Of a stretch of 64,000 nucleotides of DNA, positions 53,434 through 64,000 are shown in pieces. The first letter of the stretch is position 1. Every line of letters begins with the position of its first letter. The DNA is from Anaeromyxobacteraceae bacterium (GTDB lineage: Bacteria > Myxococcota > Myxococcia > Myxococcales > Anaeromyxobacteraceae). Location of the stretch: NCBI GenBank assembly GCA_047602405.1, contig JASGHJ010000002.1, positions 1,600,001 to 1,664,000 on the forward strand, read 5' to 3'. The position numbers and the translations under genes are program-made. The notes below the pieces were generated by a model. The model searched no databases. It was not told the origin of the DNA and worked only from the letters and a program-made list of their open reading frames with translations.

Positions 53434-53480
53434 CCACAACATATGGTGCCATACACTGCTATCGGCCCAAGATACTGAGG
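53434..53480. promoter_or_regulatory. Tandem NrdR boxes
   Basis: CCACAACATATGGTGC (53434) and GCCCAAGATACTGAGG (53465) start 31 bp apart, resemble acaCwAtATaTwGtgt, and lie upstream of nrdJ. Confidence 0.75.
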
Positions 53481-53614
53481 AAACTGGGCAGACTTCGTTG
53501 GGGTGGGGAGCCCCCGGGCCCTTCCGGCGCGCCCCGGGACGAGACCGAGTCTCACGGAAGGGGCGTGGCCGCGTGGCCGCGTGGCGTCGCGCGTGCTAAA
53601 AGCCGCGTCTCCCT

Positions 53615-55420
53615 ATGGCCGAGTCGAACGCGCACATCCGCAACTTCTCGATCATCGCGCACATCGACCATGGCAAGTCGACGCTCGCCGATCGCCTCCT
53701 CGAGCACACCGGCACGGTGTCGAAGCGCGAGGCGCAGGCGCAGTTCCTCGACAACATGGAGCTCGAGCGCGAGCGCGGGATCACCATCAAGGCCCAGACC
53801 GTCCGCATGAAGTACCGCGCGCGCGACGGGCAGGACTACGAGCTCAACCTCATCGACACGCCCGGGCACGTCGACTTCGCCTACGAGGTCTCGCGCTCGC
53901 TCGCCGCCTGCGAGGGCGCGCTGCTCGTCGTGGACGCCACCCAGGGGGTCGAGGCGCAGACGCTCGCGAACGTCTACCAGGCGCTCGATCACGACCTCGA
54001 GATCATCCCGGTCATCAACAAGATCGACCTGCCCTCGGCCGACGTGGACGGCGTGCGCAAGGAGATCGAGGAGGTCATCGGCCTCGACGCGTCCGGCGCC
54101 GTGCCGGCCTCGGCGAAGACCGGCCTCGGCATCGAGGACATCCTCGAGCACGTGGTCCAGAAGGTCCCGCCGCCGAAGGGCGACCCGAACGCGCCGCTCA
54201 AGGCGATCGTCTTCGACAGCTGGTACGACAACTACCGCGGCGTCGTGATGCTGGTGCGGGTCTTCGAGGGCACCCTCCGGCCGAAGCAGCGGATCCTGCT
54301 CTGGAGCAACAAGAAGCGGTTCGAGGTGCAGGAGCTCGGCGTGTTCGTGCCCTTCGCGACGGCGGTCGACGACCTCGGCGCCGGCGAGGTGGGCATCGTC
54401 GTCGCGAACGTGAAGGACGTGCACGACGCGAAGGTCGGCGACACGGTCACAGACGCCGACGCGCCGACCGAGGACCCGTTCCCGGGCTTCAAGGTCGTGA
54501 AGCCCATGGTGTTCAGCGGCGTCTTCCCCATCGACGCGAAGGACTACGACCAGCTCCGCGACGCCCTCGAGAAGCTGCGGCTCAACGACTCCGCGTTCAC
54601 CTGGGAGCCGGAGACCTCGCAGGCGCTCGGCTTCGGCTTCCGCTGCGGGTACCTGGGCCTCCTGCACATGGAGATCGTCCAGGAGCGGCTCGAGCGCGAG
54701 TACAACCTCTCGCTCATCACCACCGCGCCCTCCGTGGTCTACCGGGTCACCGACACGCAGGGCGAGGCGATCGAGATCGACAACCCGGCGAAGCTGCCGC
54801 CGGTGCAGCGGATCGCGAAGCTCGAGGAGCCACACCTCACCTGCCACGTGCACGCGCGCACCGAGGACGTCGGCGCGATCCTGAAGCTCTGCCAGGACCG
54901 GCGCGGCGTGCAGCGCGACATCAAGTACCTCGGCACGAAGCGCATCCAGGTCACCTACGACATCCCGATGGCCGAGGTGGTCTTCGACTTCTTCGACCGG
55001 CTGAAGAGCGTCACCTCCGGCTACGCGAGCCTCGACTACGAGCTCAAGGGCTACGAGGAGGCCGACCTCGTGAAGCTCGACATCCTCATCAACGCCGAGC
55101 CGGTCGACGCGCTCTCGATCATCGTCCACCGCGAGCGCGCCTACCAGCGCGGGCGCGAGCTCTGCCAGCGGCTGCGCGAGGTGATCCCGAAGCAGATGTA
55201 CGAGGTGGCGATCCAGGCCGCCATCGGCGCCAAGATCATCGCCCGCGAGACGGTGAAGGCCTACCGCAAGGACGTGCTCGCGAAGTGCTACGGCGGCGAC
55301 ATCTCCAGAAAGCGCAAGCTCCTCGAGAAGCAGAAGGAGGGGAAGAAGCGCATGAAGCAGGTGGGCGCGGTGGAGATCCCGCAGGAGGCGTTCCTCGCGG
55401 TGCTGAAGGTGGAGGAGTGA
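53615..55420 (+). CDS. lepA: Elongation factor 4
   Basis: [20 protein letters not shown] and [21 protein letters not shown]. Confidence 0.98.
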   Translation: MAESNAHIRNFSIIAHIDHGKSTLADRLLEHTGTVSKREAQAQFLDNMELERERGITIKAQTVRMKYRARDGQDYELNLIDTPGHVDFAYEVSRSLAACEGALLVVDATQGVEAQTLANVYQALDHDLEIIPVINKIDLPSADVDGVRKEIEEVIGLDASGAVPASAKTGLGIEDILEHVVQKVPPPKGDPNAPLKAIVFDSWYDNYRGVVMLVRVFEGTLRPKQRILLWSNKKRFEVQELGVFVPFATAVDDLGAGEVGIVVANVKDVHDAKVGDTVTDADAPTEDPFPGFKVVKPMVFSGVFPIDAKDYDQLRDALEKLRLNDSAFTWEPETSQALGFGFRCGYLGLLHMEIVQERLEREYNLSLITTAPSVVYRVTDTQGEAIEIDNPAKLPPVQRIAKLEEPHLTCHVHARTEDVGAILKLCQDRRGVQRDIKYLGTKRIQVTYDIPMAEVVFDFFDRLKSVTSGYASLDYELKGYEEADLVKLDILINAEPVDALSIIVHRERAYQRGRELCQRLREVIPKQMYEVAIQAAIGAKIIARETVKAYRKDVLAKCYGGDISRKRKLLEKQKEGKKRMKQVGAVEIPQEAFLAVLKVEE

Positions 55421-56439
55421 CCGATCCGGCCCGCCGGCTCGCGCGCGCGCGGCGGGACGCCCTCGGCTTCGCCCGGCTGGCCCGGCGCAGCGCCGCCCGC
55501 CACCGCCGGGCGCTCGGGGACCTGCAGCCTGCCATCGCCGCCGCGGCCGACGAGGTCGAGGCCGCGGCCGAGGCCGGCGAGCCCGGACGACTCTCCCGGG
55601 CGCTCGGCGCCCTCGACACGCTCTGGGACGAGCACCTCGCCCCGCGACAGAAGTCGCTCTGGCGCGAGTACCTCGAGTCGATGGTGGTCGCCGTCGCGGT
55701 CGCGCTCCTCCTGCGCGGCTTCGTGGTGGAGGCGGTGGGGATCCCCTCGGGCTCGATGGTGCCGTCGCTCCTCGTGGGCGACTACCTCTTCGTCTCGAAG
55801 CTCGCGTACGGGCTGCGGGTGCCGTTCACGCACCTGAGGCTCGTCGAGGCCGGTGCGCCGCGGCGGGGCGACGTCATCGTGTTCGAGAACCCGGTGGACC
55901 CGTCGGTCGACTACGTGAAGCGGGTCATCGGGCTGCCCGGCGACGTGGTGGAGCTCCGCGAGCAGCAGCTGTTCGTGAACGGGGTCCCCCAGCCGCGCAC
56001 GCCGCTCGGCGAGCTGCGGTACGAGGAGCTCGGCGAGGACGGGCGGGTGAGCTTCGAGGACGACTGCCGGCGGTACCGCGAGGCGCTCGCGAAGGGCACG
56101 CTCGTCGCCCCCGAGGGCGACGGGCTGTCGGGCGCGGAGGCGCGGTGGCGTTCCGCCGCGGGCGACGGGGTGGCCACCTACGAGGTGCTGCAGTGCCGCC
56201 AGGCGCGCCTCGCCGACCGCGAGGGGCCGTTCGAGGTGGTGCGACCGGGGCACGTCTTCGTGCTCGGCGACAACCGGGACCGATTGGCCGACTCGCGCAG
56301 CGCGGGCGGCTGGCAGGTGCCGTACGGGAACGTGCACGGCCGGGCGAGCCTCGTCTTCTGGAGCTGGGGCGCCGGCGGCGTCGGCGGCCCGGGCGGCCGC
56401 GGCGTGCGCGTGGAGCGCCTTTTCAAACCGGTCGAGTAG
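55417..56439 (+). CDS. lepB: Signal peptidase I with an N-terminal helical extension
   Basis: [21 protein letters not shown] and GDNRD..DSR motifs. Confidence 0.92.
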   Translation: MTDPARRLARARRDALGFARLARRSAARHRRALGDLQPAIAAAADEVEAAAEAGEPGRLSRALGALDTLWDEHLAPRQKSLWREYLESMVVAVAVALLLRGFVVEAVGIPSGSMVPSLLVGDYLFVSKLAYGLRVPFTHLRLVEAGAPRRGDVIVFENPVDPSVDYVKRVIGLPGDVVELREQQLFVNGVPQPRTPLGELRYEELGEDGRVSFEDDCRRYREALAKGTLVAPEGDGLSGAEARWRSAAGDGVATYEVLQCRQARLADREGPFEVVRPGHVFVLGDNRDRLADSRSAGGWQVPYGNVHGRASLVFWSWGAGGVGGPGGRGVRVERLFKPVE

Positions 56440-56458
56440 CGATATCTAAGGTCCCCCG

Positions 56459-56938
56459 ATGCCGCCCCCGTCGATGGCCCCTGGCGCCGCCCGTCCGCGC
56501 CGCCGCCCGTCGGGCGGCGCGCTGGTGAACGTGCTGTTCCTCCTCGGTGTCGCAGGGCTGTGCTACCTCGGCTGGATGTGGGTCCCGGTCTACGTGGACC
56601 ACTACGAGGTCATCGCCGTCACCCGCGACCACATGAACCAGGCGGTCAAGAACCACAACGACGAGGCCCTCATCCAGTCGCTCGCGAAGCGGGCCTCGGG
56701 CGTCGGCGTCGAGACCGGACGGGACGAGAACGGCCGCCGCTGGGAGGAGCCGACCATCCAGGTCGAGCCCGGGGACATCGCCTGGGAGCGGGACGAGGCG
56801 GTCACCCCCCCGATGCTCCACGTCGAGTTCGACTACGAGCGCGAGGTGCCGTACCCGCTGCTCGACCGCACGACGACGCACACGTTCCACGTCGGCCTCC
56901 AGCAGGACCTCGAGGTGCCGGTCTGGAACACGAAGTGA
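56459..56938 (+). CDS. DUF4845-like membrane-anchored protein
   Basis: Pilin-like N-terminal TM helix, VPVYVDHY and YEREVP. Follows lepB. Confidence 0.55.
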   Translation: MPPPSMAPGAARPRRRPSGGALVNVLFLLGVAGLCYLGWMWVPVYVDHYEVIAVTRDHMNQAVKNHNDEALIQSLAKRASGVGVETGRDENGRRWEEPTIQVEPGDIAWERDEAVTPPMLHVEFDYEREVPYPLLDRTTTHTFHVGLQQDLEVPVWNTK

Positions 56939-56960
56939 ACGCCGGGGGGAGGGGAGCCGC

Positions 56961-57494
56961 TTGGACTCGAAGGACATCGAGAGGACGGTCCGCCGCCTCG
57001 CCGAGGAGATTGCGGAGCGGGCGCGCGCCGCGGGGGCGGGGAAGGACGTCGCCATCGTGGGCATCCGCCGCGGGGGCGTGCACCTCGCCCAGCGGCTCGC
57101 GAAGGCGCTCGGCATCGCGCTCGGCAAGGAGCCGCCGCTCGGCACGCTCGACATCGCGCTCTACCGCGACGACCTCGCGGTGAAGGGCGCCGCGCCGGTC
57201 ATCGGCCCGACCGACGTGCGCTTCCCGGTCGACGGCAAGACCCTGATCCTCGTCGACGACGTGCTCTACACCGGCCGCACGGTGCGGGCCGCCCTCGACG
57301 AGATCGTCGACTTCGGCCGGCCGCGCCGGGTCTGGCTCGCGGTCCTGGTCGACCGCGGCGGGCACGAGCTGCCCATCGCGGCCGACTTCACCGGCGCCCG
57401 CCTCGAGGTCGGCGAGGACGACGACGTCCAGGTGCGGCTCGTGGAGGCCGGCGCCCCGGCCGACGCGGTCGTGGTGAAGAGGAGGGGGACGTGA
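56961..57494 (+). CDS. pyrR: PyrR bifunctional regulator/UPRTase
   Basis: LDIALYRDD, LVDDVLYTGRTVRAA and DRGGHELPI motifs. Confidence 0.95.
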   Translation: MDSKDIERTVRRLAEEIAERARAAGAGKDVAIVGIRRGGVHLAQRLAKALGIALGKEPPLGTLDIALYRDDLAVKGAAPVIGPTDVRFPVDGKTLILVDDVLYTGRTVRAALDEIVDFGRPRRVWLAVLVDRGGHELPIAADFTGARLEVGEDDDVQVRLVEAGAPADAVVVKRRGT

Positions 57495-58444
57495 TCGGCC
57501 GCCACCGCCACCTGCTCGGGCTCGCGGACCTCTCCCGCGAGGAGCTCCTCGAGGTGCTCGACCTCGCGGTGTCCATGAAGGAGGTCCTGCAGCGCCCCAT
57601 CAAGAAGGTCCCGTCGCTGCGGGGCCGCTCGGTGGTGAACCTCTTCTTCGAGAGCTCCACCCGGACCCGCTCCTCCTTCGAGATCGCGGCCAAGGTGCTC
57701 TCCGCCGACGCGCTCAACTGGACGGCGCAGGGCTCCTCGGTGGGCAAGGGCGAGACCCTCATCGACACCGCGAAGAACCTCGAGGCGATGCGGCCGGACG
57801 TGCTCGTCATCCGGCACTCTGCGGGCGGCGCGCCGCGGCTCGTCTCGGAGCACGTGTCCTGCGCGGTGGTCTCGGCCGGCGATGGGGCGCACGAGCACCC
57901 GAGCCAGGGGCTCCTCGACTGCTTCACGCTGAGGGAGAAGCTCGGCACGCTCGAGGGCAAGACCATCGTCATCGTGGGCGACGTCACGCACTCCCGCGTC
58001 GCCCGCTCGGACATCCACGGCATGACGAAGCTCGGGGCGAAGGTGCGGGTCTGCGGCCCGCCCACCATGATCCCGCCCGGCATCGAGGCCATGGGCGTCC
58101 CGGGGAGCGTGACGGTCGAGCACGATCTCAGGGCCGCGGTGCGCGGCGCGAGCGCGGTCGTCATGCTCCGCATCCAGCACGAGCGCATCGGCGACCCCCT
58201 CATCCCGGGCACCCGCGAGTACTCGAAGCTCTGGGGCCTCAACGCGAAGAAGGCGGCGGAGTGGCTCGACGAGGGCTGCGTGATCCTCCACCCCGGCCCC
58301 ATCAACCGCGGCGTCGAGCTCTCCCCCGAGGTCGCCGACGGCCCGCGCAGCGTCATCCTCGACCAGGTCCAGAACGGGGTGGCGGTGCGGATGGCGATCC
58401 TGTACCTCCTCGCGGGCGGCGACGCCTCGGAGGCGAAGGCCTGA
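57491..58444 (+). CDS. pyrB: Aspartate carbamoyltransferase catalytic subunit
   Basis: FFESSTRTRSSF, HPSQGLLD and HPGPINRGVE motifs. Confidence 0.96.
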   Translation: MIGRHRHLLGLADLSREELLEVLDLAVSMKEVLQRPIKKVPSLRGRSVVNLFFESSTRTRSSFEIAAKVLSADALNWTAQGSSVGKGETLIDTAKNLEAMRPDVLVIRHSAGGAPRLVSEHVSCAVVSAGDGAHEHPSQGLLDCFTLREKLGTLEGKTIVIVGDVTHSRVARSDIHGMTKLGAKVRVCGPPTMIPPGIEAMGVPGSVTVEHDLRAAVRGASAVVMLRIQHERIGDPLIPGTREYSKLWGLNAKKAAEWLDEGCVILHPGPINRGVELSPEVADGPRSVILDQVQNGVAVRMAILYLLAGGDASEAKA

Positions 58445-58449
58445 CAGCC

Positions 58450-59778
58450 ATGAGCGCACCTCCCGAGCTCCTGTTCATCGAAGGCGGCCGCGTCCTCGAC
58501 CCCGCGACGGGGACCGACGGCGTCCGCACCGTGGTCGTGAAGGGCGGCGTGATCGCCGACGTCGCGGAGCGCGTCGAGCGCCCCCGGGACGCGCGGGTGA
58601 TCGACGCCCGCGGGCGGTGGGTCACGCCCGGCTTCATCGACCTGCACGTGCACCTGCGCGAGCCGGGGCAGGAGTACAAGGAGACGGTCGAGACCGGCAC
58701 CCGCGCCGCGGTGGCGGGCGGCTTCACCGCCGTCTGCCCCATGCCGAACACGAAGCCGGTGAACGACAACGCGTCGATCACCGAGCTCATGCTCGCGCGC
58801 GCGGCCGCCGCCGGCCTCGCCCGCGTGTACCCGGTGGGCGCCATCTCGAAGGGCTCCGAGGGCCAGGACCTCGCCGAGTTCGGGGAGCTCAAGGCCGCCG
58901 GCTGCGTCGCGCTCTCCGACGACGGCAAGCCGGTCATGTCCTCGGGCCTGATGCGGCGCGCGCTCGAGTACGCCCGCGCGTTCGGGCTGCCGCTCACGGT
59001 GCACGAGGAGGACCTCGCCCTCGTCGGGAAGGGCGTCATGCACGAGGGCGCCGCGTCGACGCGCCTCGGCCTGCGCGGCATCCCGGGGGCGTCCGAGGAC
59101 GTGATGGTGCTCCGCGACGTCGCGCTGGTCGAGCTGACCGGCGGACGCCTGCACATCGGCCACCTCTCCACCCGGGGGGCCGTGCGCGCGGTCCGCGAGG
59201 CGAAGGCCCGCGGGCTGCCGGTCACCGCCGAGGTGACCCCGCATCACCTCACGCTGACCGACGAGGACGTGGCCCGCTCCGGCTACTCCACCGACTTCAA
59301 GATGGCGCCCCCGCTGCGCTCCGCCGCGGACGTCGAGGCGGTGCGGGCCGCGCTCGCCGACGGCACCATCGACGCCATCGCCACCGACCACGCGCCGCAC
59401 TCGGCGGTGGAGAAGGCGGTCGAGTTCGACGCGGCCGCGAACGGGATCCTGGGGCTCGAGACGGCCTTCCCGGTCTGCCTCGAGCTCGTGAGGAAGGGGC
59501 TCCTCACCGAGCGGCGGCTCGTCGAGGCCCTCACGATCGGGCCGGCGCGGACGTTCAAGCTCCCGGGGGGCACCCTCGCGAAGGGCGCCGTGGCGGACGT
59601 CGCGATCCTCGACCCGAAGGCGGAGTGGACGCTCGACCCGGAGCAGCTCCGGTCGAAGTCGCGCAACACGCCGTGGAAGGGAACGCGCCTCACCGGGCGT
59701 TGCATCATCACCATCGTGGGCGGGCGGATCGTCCACACCGAAGAGGCGGAAGGCCACGTGGCGGAAGGCAGGGCATGA
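58450..59778 (+). CDS. pyrC: Dihydroorotase
   Basis: PGFIDLHVHLREPG, KMAPPLR and ATDHAPH motifs. Confidence 0.95.
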   Translation: MSAPPELLFIEGGRVLDPATGTDGVRTVVVKGGVIADVAERVERPRDARVIDARGRWVTPGFIDLHVHLREPGQEYKETVETGTRAAVAGGFTAVCPMPNTKPVNDNASITELMLARAAAAGLARVYPVGAISKGSEGQDLAEFGELKAAGCVALSDDGKPVMSSGLMRRALEYARAFGLPLTVHEEDLALVGKGVMHEGAASTRLGLRGIPGASEDVMVLRDVALVELTGGRLHIGHLSTRGAVRAVREAKARGLPVTAEVTPHHLTLTDEDVARSGYSTDFKMAPPLRSAADVEAVRAALADGTIDAIATDHAPHSAVEKAVEFDAAANGILGLETAFPVCLELVRKGLLTERRLVEALTIGPARTFKLPGGTLAKGAVADVAILDPKAEWTLDPEQLRSKSRNTPWKGTRLTGRCIITIVGGRIVHTEEAEGHVAEGRA

Positions 59779-60930
59779 AGCGAGCGATCCTGGCACTGGC
59801 GGACGGGACCACCTTCGAGGGCGTGTCCCTCGGCGCGACCGGCGAGGCGAGCGGCGAGGTCGTGTTCAACACCTCGCTCACCGGCTACCAGGAGATCCTC
59901 ACCGATCCCTCGTACGTCGGGCAGATGGTCTGCATGACGTACCCGGAGCAGGGCAACTACGGCGTGAACACCGCGGACGACGAGTCCCGGCACCCGCACG
60001 CGACCGGCTTCATCGTCCGGCACTTCGCCGAGCGCCCGTCCAACTTCCGGGCGGAGAAGAGCCTGCACGAGTACCTCGCGGGCCACGGCGTGGTCGGCAT
60101 CTCCGGCATCGACACCCGGCGCCTCGTGAAGCACCTGCGCACCCACGGAGCGCAGATGGGGATCATCTCCACCGAGGTCGCCGCCGGCGCGGCGGCGCTC
60201 GTCGCGAAGGCGAAGGCGCTCCCCGGCATGGAGGGGCAGGACCTCGCCACCCGGATCTCGACGAAGGAGCCGTACGTCTGGACCGAGGGCGGCACCGACG
60301 CCTGGACCGACGCCGAGCGCACGAGCGGCGACCGGCGGCTCCACGTGGTGGCCTACGACTGGGGGCTCAAGCGGGCGATGCTGCGCCTGTTCGCCGACGC
60401 GGGCTGCAAGGTGACGGTGGTGCCCTCGCGCACCACCGCCGCGCAGGCCCTCGCCCTGAAGCCGGACGGGGTCTTCCTCACGAACGGCCCGGGCGACCCG
60501 GCGGCCGTGGAGGGGGCGAAGGACACGGTCGCGGCCCTCCTCGGCAAGGTGCCGATCTTCGGCATCTGCCTCGGCCACCAGAATCCTGGCCCTCGCCCTG
60601 GGCGCGCGGACCTACAAGCTCAAGTTCGGACACCGCGGCGCGAACCAGCCCGTGAAGGACCTCGCGAGCGGCAAGGTCGACATCACCGTGCAGAACCACG
60701 GCTTCGCGGTGGACGACCGGACGCTCCCCGCGCGGGCGCGGGTCACCCACGTGAACCTGAACGACGGCACCGTCGAGGGCATCGAGGTGCTCGACGCCCC
60801 CGCGTTCAGCGTGCAGTACCACCCCGAGTCGTCCCCGGGCCCGCACGACGCCCGCGCGCTCTTCGCGCGCTTCGTCGCGTCGATGGAGCAGGCGACGGCA
60901 GGGCGCGGCGCCGCGGAGAAGCGGGCATGA
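59775..60930 (+). CDS. carA: Carbamoyl-phosphate synthase small subunit, apparent +1 frameshift at 60581-60585
   Basis: [29 protein letters not shown](I)LALA and [12 protein letters not shown] motifs. Confidence 0.95.
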
Positions 60931-61601
60931 CCTTCCAGGAGCTCCACGAGAGGCTCCTCTCGTGGGCGAGCGAGGGCCCCCGCGCGGCGGACCTGCTCGC
61001 GGCGAAGGGGATCCACTACGCGGCGCGGGGCGAGCCTCACGAGGAGGACCGGTCGTTCGAGGTCCGCGTGAACACGATGCTCGACTTCTACCTCTACGAC
61101 TGGCGGCCCGCCCCCGAGGGCGCGGCGTCCGGGCCGGAGGGCGCGCGGTCGACGCTCGAGCGCTTCCTCGGGGAGCAGGGGGCCACCCTCTCGCCGGAGG
61201 ACCAGCAGAGCTACCGCGAGCTCGCCGGCAACCTCCGCGGGCTCTTCGAGATCAGGAAGCTCGGCGAGGGCGCCGTGCGCGTGCGCGACGTCTTCACCGG
61301 GGTCGACCACGAGGTCACCGAGCGCCGCACGCTCGCCGGGGTCGAGAAGGGCGACCTGCTCGAGGCCCGCCTCCTGCCGCACCACGGCCAGCTCCTCTTC
61401 TCGGGGGCCTTGCTCTACCAGCCCCGCGAGGCGCGCAAGGCGATCCTCGCGGAGGTGAAGCGCCTCAAGAAGGCCGCCGGCAAGCAGGGCACGCCGGACG
61501 TGAGCGGGTTCCTCGACCTCCTCGCCCGCATGGCGATGAAGGTCGAGCGGTACCGGAACGTGCGCCTCGAGTCGATCTACGACTTCACGCAGCGCGGGTA
61601 G
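60927..61601 (+). CDS. Conserved hypothetical protein (224 aa)
   Basis: Tail of ORF 58617..61601, starting [11 protein letters not shown]. Start overlaps the carA stop; normal codon usage. Confidence 0.75.
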   Translation: MTFQELHERLLSWASEGPRAADLLAAKGIHYAARGEPHEEDRSFEVRVNTMLDFYLYDWRPAPEGAASGPEGARSTLERFLGEQGATLSPEDQQSYRELAGNLRGLFEIRKLGEGAVRVRDVFTGVDHEVTERRTLAGVEKGDLLEARLLPHHGQLLFSGALLYQPREARKAILAEVKRLKKAAGKQGTPDVSGFLDLLARMAMKVERYRNVRLESIYDFTQRG

Positions 61602-61602
61602 G

Positions 61603-61663
61603 GTCCTTCGACTTCGGTCCGTGGGACGCTTCGCGTCCACGGACCTACGCTCAGGATGAGCGG
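61603..61663 (+). repeat. Modular REP-like element, copy 2
   Basis: Same arms as 7454-7528 but a different central hairpin. Confidence 0.85.
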
Positions 61664-61666
61664 ACC

Positions 61667-62215
61667 TCAGAGCGACACCGGCGGCTTCGCCTCGGCCTGC
61701 TCGCGCACCCGCGCGAGGTCGGCGGCCGTCAGCCCCTCCGCGTCGAGGAGCGCGCGCGTCGCGAGGATCGGCGCGCCCGCGTCGACCGCGAGGGCCACCG
61801 ACTCGGAGGGCAGGGCGCTCACGGTGTAGCGCTGGCCGGAGCGCTCGAGGACCACCCGCGAGGCGCCGCTCGTCTCCTCGGCGCGGTCGATCTCGACCTC
61901 GCGGACCCGGGCCCCGAGGGCCGAGAGGGTCCGGCCGAGGAGTCCCCCCGAGGCGCGCGGTCCGGTGGGCACCCTCGGCGGCGCGGCCGGCTGGGCGTCC
62001 TGGACCACGAACGCGAGCACCCGCCCGCCCTGGTTCTTCTCCTTGAGGACGAGGAGCCGGCCGGGGCCCTCGGGCAACGGGACCAGGGCCGCGAGCTCGA
62101 GCTCGACCCGCACGGAGGTGCTCCCGCGGACGCCCGCCGCCGCGAGCAGCGACACGGTCCCGGTGGCGAGGGCGATCGGGAGGATGAGGCCTGCCGCGGT
62201 GCCGATCCGGCCCAT
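61667..62215 (-). CDS. Bifunctional nuclease (DUF151)-like protein, divergent, with N-terminal hydrophobic segment
   Basis: [21 protein letters not shown] and [15 protein letters not shown] resemble DUF151. Confidence 0.6.
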   Translation of the reverse strand: MGRIGTAAGLILPIALATGTVSLLAAAGVRGSTSVRVELELAALVPLPEGPGRLLVLKEKNQGGRVLAFVVQDAQPAAPPRVPTGPRASGGLLGRTLSALGARVREVEIDRAEETSGASRVVLERSGQRYTVSALPSESVALAVDAGAPILATRALLDAEGLTAADLARVREQAEAKPPVSL

Positions 62216-62415
62216 TTCGCACCGCCTCCAGCGCGGCTCTTGCTCACGCTGCGTACGCGGGGTTTGCGTGCCAAGTGGGCGTGAGGAGAGGCGAACGCAA
62301 AGTCGCTTCCGCCTTGCCACCCCGGCCGGGACGGTGCTACGACCTGCGTCCACCCGTCTCACCCCCTCCACGCCCGAGACGGCCCTCCGACCCCCGAGAA
62401 GGAAGGGAATCAGCC

Positions 62416-63729
<1,314 letters not shown>

Positions 63730-63764
63730 CGCGGCCGCCCGCGGGCGGCCTGGAGGGACTTGGC

Positions 63765-64000
63765 ATGGCTTCCAGGAAGAAGATCGCGCTCATCGGCGCC
63801 GGGCAGATCGGCGGCACCATGGCGCTGCTCTGCGCGCAGCGCCAGCTCGGCGACGTGGTGCTCGTGGACCTCATGGAGGGCGTCGCGAAGGGCAAGGCCC
63901 TCGACCTCCAGCAGTGCCGCGGCGTGCTCGGCTACGACGTCGAGATCACCGGCGCCGGCATCTCCGACTACTCGGTCATCAAGGACGCCGACGTCTGCAT
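63765..64000 (+). CDS. mdh: Malate dehydrogenase (3' truncated by window edge)
   Basis: MASRKKIALIGAGQIGGT...GKALDL; follows icd. Confidence 0.9.
   Translation, partial: MASRKKIALIGAGQIGGTMALLCAQRQLGDVVLVDLMEGVAKGKALDLQQCRGVLGYDVEITGAGISDYSVIKDADVC

Noticed and set aside
53563..53590. GCGTGGCC short tandem repeat upstream of lepA
   Set aside because: About three copies of an 8-mer in very GC-rich DNA; not distinguishable from slippage.
62257..62274. Sigma54 promoter for the DUF151-like gene
   Set aside because: The minus-strand TGGCACG is not followed by a -12 TTGC.

Overview
A GC-rich bacterial chromosome segment. Gene content and synteny point to Myxococcota, probably Anaeromyxobacter-like (inference). 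It is mostly core genome: ftsB-dmxA-like cyclase-phoH2-ybeD, an orphan dnaK, rimK-like, rlmB, five tRNAs with the tuf-rpmG-secE-nusG-rplKAJL-rpoBC cluster, an alternative sigma factor, a stand-alone SctL/SctN/SctO (FliH/I/J-like) ATPase trio, RegB/RegA plus thioredoxin, the imuA-imuB-dnaE2 mutasome, class II nrdJ, lepAB-pyrRBC-carA, icd and mdh. I found no CRISPR array, transposase, integrase or prophage. Main observations: (1) about 13 reading-frame breaks, all +1, including in essential genes. Nine are exactly GATC read as GAATC/GATTC, and GATT/AATC variants recur where GATC is expected. This most likely reflects a GATC DNA-modification system seen through sequencing errors, not pseudogenes. 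(2) A modular intergenic repeat with fixed arms and an exchangeable central hairpin (3 copies). (3) An orphan injectisome-type ATPase module. (4) Regulatory sites: a LexA-type box at imuA, paired NrdR boxes and a structured leader at nrdJ, and a sigma54 promoter. (5) A small four-Cys protein, and an AT-rich palindromic islet in a small accessory patch. No database searches were run; all calls come from motif recognition.
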